A stretch of DNA of 64,000 bases, from positions 2,624,001 to 2,688,000 of the forward strand of contig OZ244170.1 of NCBI GenBank assembly GCA_965216565.1, read 5' to 3'. Shown here piece by piece: positions 57,535 to 64,000 of this stretch. A program made the translations under genes and the position numbers. Position 1 is the stretch's first letter. Each line of letters opens with the position of its first letter. This stretch comes from Bythopirellula sp. (GTDB taxonomy: Bacteria > Planctomycetota > Planctomycetia > Pirellulales > Lacipirellulaceae). The notes under the pieces were generated by a model that worked only from the letters and a program-made list of their open reading frames with translations, had not been told where the DNA came from and made no database searches.

Positions 57535-59301
57535 TCAGTGGATCTGAGCGTTCTCGATTTCATCGAGTGCAAGATAGGCGTTGGCAATGCTTTTCGCAGA
57601 GAGTTTTCTCTTCCGCAATTCAGTTGGTGTGTCGCCTGAGTTCAGAACGCGCCAGTACAGCCAAAGTGATGCAACGAAACCTAAGACTCCCACGACGAGC
57701 GAAGCCGTGAGGGGTCGCGGATGTAGCACGTCATCGAATCCGATCGCAACTGCAACGGGAATCCACATCAGCCACCACACAAAACCGATGAGGACACCAG
57801 CGCGCAGGTAGCCGGATCGCAGGCTGTCGAGATTGTTGCGGATGTCGGCAACAGGTTTCGAGTAGTCGATCTTTCGGATTCTAGTACAGACAAGCAACGA
57901 CTGAGCAATGACGAGTACGCCGTAAACGTGCAAAATGACTCCACTCACGACGCGATAAGCAACATCCGTATTTCGAGCCCAGCACTGCGCTCCTAGCACG
58001 ATTAAGGCGACACCAATTAGCACTTGAAGCAATTGCCCGCGGAATAACGGCCGAAGTGAATTCTCTACACGTTCCATTAGTTGGCGACGTGTCAACAGCA
58101 TCCGTCCAGCGAGTTCCTGCTCTGCCAGAGTTGAAGTCGTGCTGTCTCCGATGTCACCAGAATTCACATCGTAGTCTACAGTCGGCGCGAGCGCGGGTCC
58201 CTTGGTCGAAGTAATAGACTGCACGTCAGACTTGACTTGACTTGCATGCTGATATCGGCGCTGTGGTTCCTTCTCAAGAGTTCGCAGGACAACTTCGTCG
58301 AGGCGCACGTCAATTTCGACTTTCTTCGATGGTGCTGCGAATCGTCCAATCGGTAGCTCGCCGGTCAGCATTTCATAGAAAACCACACCAAGCGAGTAAA
58401 TGTCTGCCCGGTGATCGACGCCATGTGTGCTTTCCAACTGTTCGGGAGCCATGTATCGTGGTGTACCCATGACCTGATGCGTTCCTGTAAGCACCTCTTG
58501 TTGGCTCTCGTTCCCTAGTATCCGCGAGAGCCCGAAATCGGCGATTTTTACCGCACCGTCAGAGGCAATTAGAATGTTCTCGGGCTTGATGTCACGGTGG
58601 ACAATGCCTTTGTCATGTGCGTATTGCAGCGCATCGCAAAGGTGCGGAACGATAGCTAACGCGTGTTCGGGCGCAAGTTGTCCTGCTTTCGAGATATCTC
58701 GAAGTGTTGAACCATCCACAAATTCCATGAGAAAGTAGTAGGTGTCTTCCACTTTTCCGAATTCATACACCGACACAATGTTGGGGTGACTCAGTTTAGC
58801 CAGCGTCCGAGCTTCTCGCGTAAAGCGAAGTGCAAATTTGACATCGCTACCAAATTCGTCCGGCAGAATTTTCAGCGCAACAAGTCGGTCGAGCCCCGAT
58901 TGGCGGGCCTTGTACACGGCTCCCATTCCCCCAGCACCAATGAGTTCAATAATTTCCAGCGCTGGGAAAAGTTCGGCGAGACGGCCCACGGTGGGCGGTT
59001 GAAACAAGCCTGTCTCTCTGGCATCGTCGTTAAGCGCGTTGCCTATCGATTCAGAGGCATCCGGAAATCGGTCGAGGTATTCTTGTTTCGTTGGAGTTTC
59101 GCCTCGCCGCCGCCGGTAGTCGACGTCGAGAGCAATTAGTTCAGCAAGCAATACTTCTCGCTCGATAGGTGAGATAACGCCGGAAAGCATCGATTCGATC
59201 GTCAGTTCTCCATCGGCCTGCCATTTGCGTTCAAACTCAGCACAAAGATCATCTATCCGTTCTAGGGCTGCAATGGGTAGTTTTTTCTGACGGATGTTCA
59301 T
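57535..59301 (-). CDS. Hanks-type Ser/Thr protein kinase with C-terminal TM helices
   Basis: IGAGGMGAVY, VALK, HRDIKPEN, DFG, GTPRYMAPE; four hydrophobic segments. Confidence 0.95.
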   Translation of the reverse strand: MNIRQKKLPIAALERIDDLCAEFERKWQADGELTIESMLSGVISPIEREVLLAELIALDVDYRRRRGETPTKQEYLDRFPDASESIGNALNDDARETGLFQPPTVGRLAELFPALEIIELIGAGGMGAVYKARQSGLDRLVALKILPDEFGSDVKFALRFTREARTLAKLSHPNIVSVYEFGKVEDTYYFLMEFVDGSTLRDISKAGQLAPEHALAIVPHLCDALQYAHDKGIVHRDIKPENILIASDGAVKIADFGLSRILGNESQQEVLTGTHQVMGTPRYMAPEQLESTHGVDHRADIYSLGVVFYEMLTGELPIGRFAAPSKKVEIDVRLDEVVLRTLEKEPQRRYQHASQVKSDVQSITSTKGPALAPTVDYDVNSGDIGDSTTSTLAEQELAGRMLLTRRQLMERVENSLRPLFRGQLLQVLIGVALIVLGAQCWARNTDVAYRVVSGVILHVYGVLVIAQSLLVCTRIRKIDYSKPVADIRNNLDSLRSGYLRAGVLIGFVWWLMWIPVAVAIGFDDVLHPRPLTASLVVGVLGFVASLWLYWRVLNSGDTPTELRKRKLSAKSIANAYLALDEIENAQIH

Positions 59302-59306
59302 TGATT

Positions 59307-59900
59307 TCAACCAAGTTCTGCTGACATTTTTTCTCGGATCAGGTGGAGACGACGTTCAATCGTCCGCTCAGAACAGCCAAAACGCTCGGCAAGTTCAGCA
59401 TTGGAATACCCCTCTAACTTGGCACCCGCTAAATCCCTGAGCTGTCCGACACCCAAATGAGAAAAAAGTTGTTCCACAGCTTCTTGCATCATCAGCACCA
59501 TTTCCGGGGATGGCTGGTCACCGATGGCTTCGATGGCCTTGCCGTCGTCACCAGCGTGGCCCAGTGAATGGATCCTGACGTTCCCGCCCCGTCGCTGTCT
59601 CAGATCGTGTCTCCGTTTATCGACAACTTTACGTGCCGCCATTCGCAGCAAGAGTTGCCAAAGATCGTCTCGATCGGAGAGGTCCGGAAAACGCCCATTT
59701 TCGGCTGCATTGTAGAAGCTGTCGAAGACGCTCAGCACGATATCTTCTTCGTCCGAGATGGCCCGGTTTTGCCCATACAATCGTTGACGAACGCTGCGCA
59801 CGAGACGATCGAAATAATGCTGCCAAATGAGATTGGCGGCGGCCGAATCGCCGTCCTTCACTAAATCAATCCAATGGCTGACTTTCGAGTTTTTCGACAT
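59307..59900 (-). CDS. ECF-type sigma factor (planctomycete kinase-associated type)
   Basis: IWQHYFDRL, DEEDIVLSVFDSF, DRDDLWQLL, EGYSNAELAERFGCSERTIERRL. Confidence 0.9.
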   Translation of the reverse strand: MSKNSKVSHWIDLVKDGDSAAANLIWQHYFDRLVRSVRQRLYGQNRAISDEEDIVLSVFDSFYNAAENGRFPDLSDRDDLWQLLLRMAARKVVDKRRHDLRQRRGGNVRIHSLGHAGDDGKAIEAIGDQPSPEMVLMMQEAVEQLFSHLGVGQLRDLAGAKLEGYSNAELAERFGCSERTIERRLHLIREKMSAELG

Positions 59901-60618
59901 GCTGAAAGACTGACAGATATAGAAGGCCGGGGGCCGAAATTGCGAGTTCAATGGTACCATATCCACTAAGACCATCGAACTCGAATGTGGGGCAGACATC
60001 TGAATTTTGCAAACAGCATGCTTAGTAATGTTTCACTTCGAGGTCCAGTTCCTTCTTGGCCATGTACATCAGCAGTGGACAATGTTGCCTTCAGTTTCTA
60101 TAGAGCACACCCACGGAACTGCGTCAGCGAGTCCCTCTGCGCGAATGCCGTTTCACAGTCGCCCCATAGAATAACCGTCTTGCTGTCAATTCGATGGGTA
60201 GCAAACTGCTTGAAAAGCGCAAGTCGGCTCAGGCATGCCTGAGGGCACCAAATTTTCTACCCAATGTCAGCTCATCGCCACTCGCTTCAGCTGAGCACCC
60301 CCGAAACAGTCTTTGGACAATGCCTAGCACGCATCAGTTACATCGGCTAAGGCGCAGAAGCGAGTAACAAGAACGAGCTCCAGGGACTTTCGAATTCCGC
60401 AGCCAAGCTTAGTCCCTCATGTCACAATTGGGTCACTGAGCCGATTCCGCATTCAGACCCCCAAGACTTAATGTGCTTCTGCCTTTAGCGATATCCTGAG
60501 CGCAAATTCTTCCACGAACTTGGGCAGACTCTTCACACTGGTCACGAGGTCGAGCGGACACCCTTGGATTGATTCGTCAGGTTCGATCAATTCGTGGTCG
60601 TGAATTGCCGAGATCGAA

Positions 60619-61329
60619 CTAAGCTGCGCGTTGCTTCGCTTTTTGTAAGAATGCCTGATAGTCGAGCAGGCTGTCGAAGTCGGTGGTTTCGTCGTCGATG
60701 GGAATGGCGTGGACCGCATCGAGCCAATGGCGGGTGAGCGGATAGCCGCACAGCGAGCGATAGGCTTGCCACAGTTTGCCGCCGCCACCGCGGATGAGAG
60801 CGTGTTGTCGAGCGTGGTGTAGAGCCTTGGCAATCTTGTTGCGATGTCGTCGCCGAAACCAGATTCCTAGAATATCTTGTCCCGCGGCGCACTGCGTGGT
60901 GAGAAATCGCACCGGCCCGCCGCGGTTGAGCCCGCAAGCCAGGTCCATGGCTTGGTCGGTCCAGTAAACATCGCCGGCAAGCAGGAGAGTTGGTTCGCCC
61001 CAGTGTTCGCGGCTGGAGAGTGCCGTCTCTACGGTCCAGCGGCGTTCGCTTGCTGGCAGTTCTACGACATCGGCCACCGCTTCCACCATCTCGGCAATAG
61101 CGACGTGATGGGTCATCACCGCCGGACGAGTGTCCCAGCGCTGCTGGATTTGTTCAATGGTTCTCAGGAGCAAAGGTTGGCCGTGAACGTTTACCAGTTG
61201 CTTGTGTTCAATTGCTTCCCAGCGCTGACCGACGCCAGAGGCTAAGATCACAACGCGCGGAGCTTTGGCCACAACCCGAGCGGGTACGCGACAGCCGGGA
61301 CGCATCAGCTTGCGAAAGGTACGTAGCAT
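60619..61329 (-). CDS. Nucleotidyltransferase/NDP-sugar transferase family (MobA/LicC-like) protein
   Basis: VILASGVGQRW...KQLVNVHGQPLL; LLAGDVY; TDFDS; start uncertain. Confidence 0.72.
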   Translation of the reverse strand: MLRTFRKLMRPGCRVPARVVAKAPRVVILASGVGQRWEAIEHKQLVNVHGQPLLLRTIEQIQQRWDTRPAVMTHHVAIAEMVEAVADVVELPASERRWTVETALSSREHWGEPTLLLAGDVYWTDQAMDLACGLNRGGPVRFLTTQCAAGQDILGIWFRRRHRNKIAKALHHARQHALIRGGGGKLWQAYRSLCGYPLTRHWLDAVHAIPIDDETTDFDSLLDYQAFLQKAKQRAA

Positions 61330-61463
61330 GGCGGAACTGTAAAAAGAGCTTGCAGACTGGACAATGGCAATCGTTCTCTTGCTTGGCACAAAGGCCGAAT
61401 GCGCTATAATCAGACCATACTTTTGCTCCTATGCTACCTATGCCAGCACTACCAAAGGCCACC

Positions 61464-62921
61464 ATGTCATCTACGATATCCGAAGCCCCCACCACGCTCG
61501 CTGAACTCCAAGAAAGCGGCTGGAAGTCGAAATCAGTCAAGCAAGAGATCCACGATAATTTCCTCGCCAAGCTCGAGTCGGGCGAGGAACTCTACCCGGG
61601 GATCGTGGGCTACGACCACACTGTGATTCCCGAACTGAATATCGCCATCCTGGCACAGCACGATATTTTGTTTCTCGGCGAGAAGGGCCAAGCGAAGAGT
61701 CGCCTGATGCGTTTGCTGGCATCGTTCCTGGACGATGCGATTCCGTACTTGGCAGATCCGGCGATCCCCGTACACGATGATCCCTTGGCACCAATCACCA
61801 AGCGGGGCCGCGAGCTGGTGGCGAGCCGTTCGCCGGAAGACATCCCCATCGCTTGGTGGCACAAAGAAGATCGCTATGCCGAGCGGCTATCCCCAGGCAC
61901 CAAGTTTGCCGACATCATCGGCGAGATCGACCCCGCCAAGCTTGCCTCGGGTGTGAGCATGAGCACCGAAGACGCTTTGCACTTTGGCTTGATCCCGCGG
62001 ATGCATCGCGGCATCTTTGCGATGAACGAACTTCCTGAGCTCGACGAGTTGGTGCAAGTCGGTTTGTTCAACATTCTGGAAGAACGCGACGTGCAGATTC
62101 GCGGCTATCCTGTGAACTTCGATATCGACGTGCTGATCCTGTTTAGCGCAAACCCCGCTACCTACAACCGCAGCGGCAAGGTGATTCCTCAACTAAAGGA
62201 CCGCATTGGGTCGCTGATTCACACGCACTATCCGCTAGACCGCGAGCAAGGCGTCCAGATCTTAGAGCAAGAGACTCTTTCGAACGCGGAAAGCGGATCC
62301 GGGAAAGCAGAGGATGCTTCGAGCAACGGAGAACTTGACGTTGTTGTGCCCTATTTTATGAAGGAGCTTATTGAAGAAATCAGTCGGGCGGCGCGAGAAT
62401 CGAAGTATATCGATCACGAGTCGGGCGTGAGTGCTCGGCTTTCAATTGCCAATTATCGAACGATGATCGCCAGCGCCCAACAACGGGCGGCTATCTTGGG
62501 TGAGAAACCGGCAGTGCCACGAATTAGTGACCTGGGCCATCTGTATTCTTCGTCGCTGGGCAAGCTTGAGCTCGATCTGATGGGCACCCATCAAATGAGC
62601 GAGCGTCAGGTGCTCGACGCGGTGATGGCCGAGGCGATTTCCACCGTGTTCGGCGAGTACGTCGATCGCCACGGATTGGCGGAGATCGCACAGATATTTT
62701 CCGAGGGCGTGAAGATCGAGGTCGGCGACATGCTGCCGTCGTCGCACTATGCCGATTTGCTGCAGCGCGTGCCTCCCATTTGGGACAAGGCATTCGAGGT
62801 GAACGCCAGTGAAGATGCCGCCGTTCGCGCTTCTTGTGTGGAATTCATTTTGGCCGGACTGTATGCGACCGATCGCATTAGCCGCAGCCAGGATCACGGG
62901 CGGATCGTTTATGAGATGTGA
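61464..62921 (+). CDS. AAA+ ATPase, Mg-chelatase subunit I-like family
   Basis: Walker A-like [32 protein letters not shown]. Confidence 0.88.
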   Translation: MSSTISEAPTTLAELQESGWKSKSVKQEIHDNFLAKLESGEELYPGIVGYDHTVIPELNIAILAQHDILFLGEKGQAKSRLMRLLASFLDDAIPYLADPAIPVHDDPLAPITKRGRELVASRSPEDIPIAWWHKEDRYAERLSPGTKFADIIGEIDPAKLASGVSMSTEDALHFGLIPRMHRGIFAMNELPELDELVQVGLFNILEERDVQIRGYPVNFDIDVLILFSANPATYNRSGKVIPQLKDRIGSLIHTHYPLDREQGVQILEQETLSNAESGSGKAEDASSNGELDVVVPYFMKELIEEISRAARESKYIDHESGVSARLSIANYRTMIASAQQRAAILGEKPAVPRISDLGHLYSSSLGKLELDLMGTHQMSERQVLDAVMAEAISTVFGEYVDRHGLAEIAQIFSEGVKIEVGDMLPSSHYADLLQRVPPIWDKAFEVNASEDAAVRASCVEFILAGLYATDRISRSQDHGRIVYEM

Positions 62922-63044
62922 GGTGCGGAGGCTGGAGGCTGGAGGCCATAGGCTAGAGTGAAAGATGATCGGTAATTGTCCGGCGACGATCATCGCTTGC
63001 GGTTTCGCCGCGTATTCAGCAATCAATCTCTGCCACCCGCAATC

Positions 63045-63749
63045 TCACACCTCCCCGGCGAGATATTTCTTTCGCAAAGGTTCTGGCAGTTTCTCGATGG
63101 CGTAGCGCAGCATCGTACGTGGCATTTTCTTGTAGCGGGGCCGGAGGAATTTTTCTAGCTCGCTACGGTCACGGTTGCCCATCTCGCGCAGCATCCATCC
63201 AACCGCCTTGTGGATCAGATCGTGCTCGTGATCGAGCAGTACGAGAGCAATACGTTTGGTGTCGCGAAAGTCTTCCTGTTTGATGAAGTGTAGCGTAGCG
63301 ATCATGGCGACCCGCTGACGCCATAGGTGACCAGAGTCGACCAGTTCGTCGAGCAGTTTTCGATTCCTCTTCTGCAGATGCGGCCCGAGAATCTTGTGGG
63401 CGGAACTATCAACCAGGTCCCAGTTGTTCACTTGATCGAGGTGCTCGAGATAAAACTCTGCTATCTCGGATTGCGTCGTCTCGTCCCCGCGCTCGTACTG
63501 CTCTACGAGTATCAACAGGGCCGTCAAACGGCATTCGTGCCGCCTATCTTCTAGCAATTTGAGGACTTCGCCGCCCGGCAACTCGCGGAACTTCTTGGCA
63601 ATCTTGCGCTGCTTGGGGACAGTCACGCCAATAAACTTGTCCCCCTCGCCATACTCGCCTTTGCCTGTTTTGAAGAAACTCGGATAGAACGCAGCCTTCT
63701 CTGGATCGGCTTGTTCTTTGAGTGCGGCAACTACCTTGGCCTTGGTCAT
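63045..63749 (-). CDS. DNA alkylation repair protein (AlkD-like)
   Basis: FFKTGKGEYGEGD, NNWDLVD, IHKAVGWMLRE, MPRTMLRYAIE. Confidence 0.92.
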   Translation of the reverse strand: MTKAKVVAALKEQADPEKAAFYPSFFKTGKGEYGEGDKFIGVTVPKQRKIAKKFRELPGGEVLKLLEDRRHECRLTALLILVEQYERGDETTQSEIAEFYLEHLDQVNNWDLVDSSAHKILGPHLQKRNRKLLDELVDSGHLWRQRVAMIATLHFIKQEDFRDTKRIALVLLDHEHDLIHKAVGWMLREMGNRDRSELEKFLRPRYKKMPRTMLRYAIEKLPEPLRKKYLAGEV

Positions 63750-64000
63750 CGAGGATTACCTACGCGGGTGGAGCTGAAAGAATCACGATTCTAGAGCGCG
63801 AATCCTTCTCTGGGCAACAAGTCGCGCTCTGCGATCGTCATCTGTGCTTGGTAACCGAGGACACATAGAAACCTTATCATGCGCTGATATACTAGAGACT
63901 TGCAGGATACTTGGCGCGAATTAGTTTGTCTGGAGTCTCGAGATGCACACCTGGGAAAATCGATTTCACTTTCTGGCCGTTCTTTCGGCACTGGCACTAG

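Noticed and set aside
61464..62921. Chlorophyll Mg-chelatase function
   Set aside because: No photosynthesis genes nearby; better treated as a generic ChlI/MoxR-like AAA+ ATPase.

Overview
Bacterial chromosomal window, most likely from a planctomycete of the Pirellulales/Lacipirellulaceae type. This is inferred from the dockerin-like plus PEP-CTERM proteins, an ECF sigma/Ser-Thr kinase pair, several ExbB/ExbD clusters and a stand-alone tRNA-Ile. The first 45 kb is mostly core or envelope genes: two TPR-ExbB-ExbD motor clusters, xerD, a YhaM-like nuclease, tRNA-Ile(GAT), tatA/B, lepA, a KdgK-like kinase, nadK, a Skp-like protein, SulP and a K+ channel. From about 45.5 to 60.5 kb lies an accessory region with four of the window's seven PEP-CTERM genes, a GH42-like hydrolase, two gene remnants, tandem repeats and degenerate REP-like palindromes. 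The best candidate for an undescribed system is an ExbB-ExbD motor next to a protein with a TonB-like SxxxH anchor, a Pro-rich stalk and a QW-repeat prenyltransferase-type barrel in place of a TonB C-terminal domain. The second is a conserved, covarying long-hairpin/U-tract leader element upstream of PEP-CTERM genes. All calls come from reading the sequence by eye; no database searches were run.
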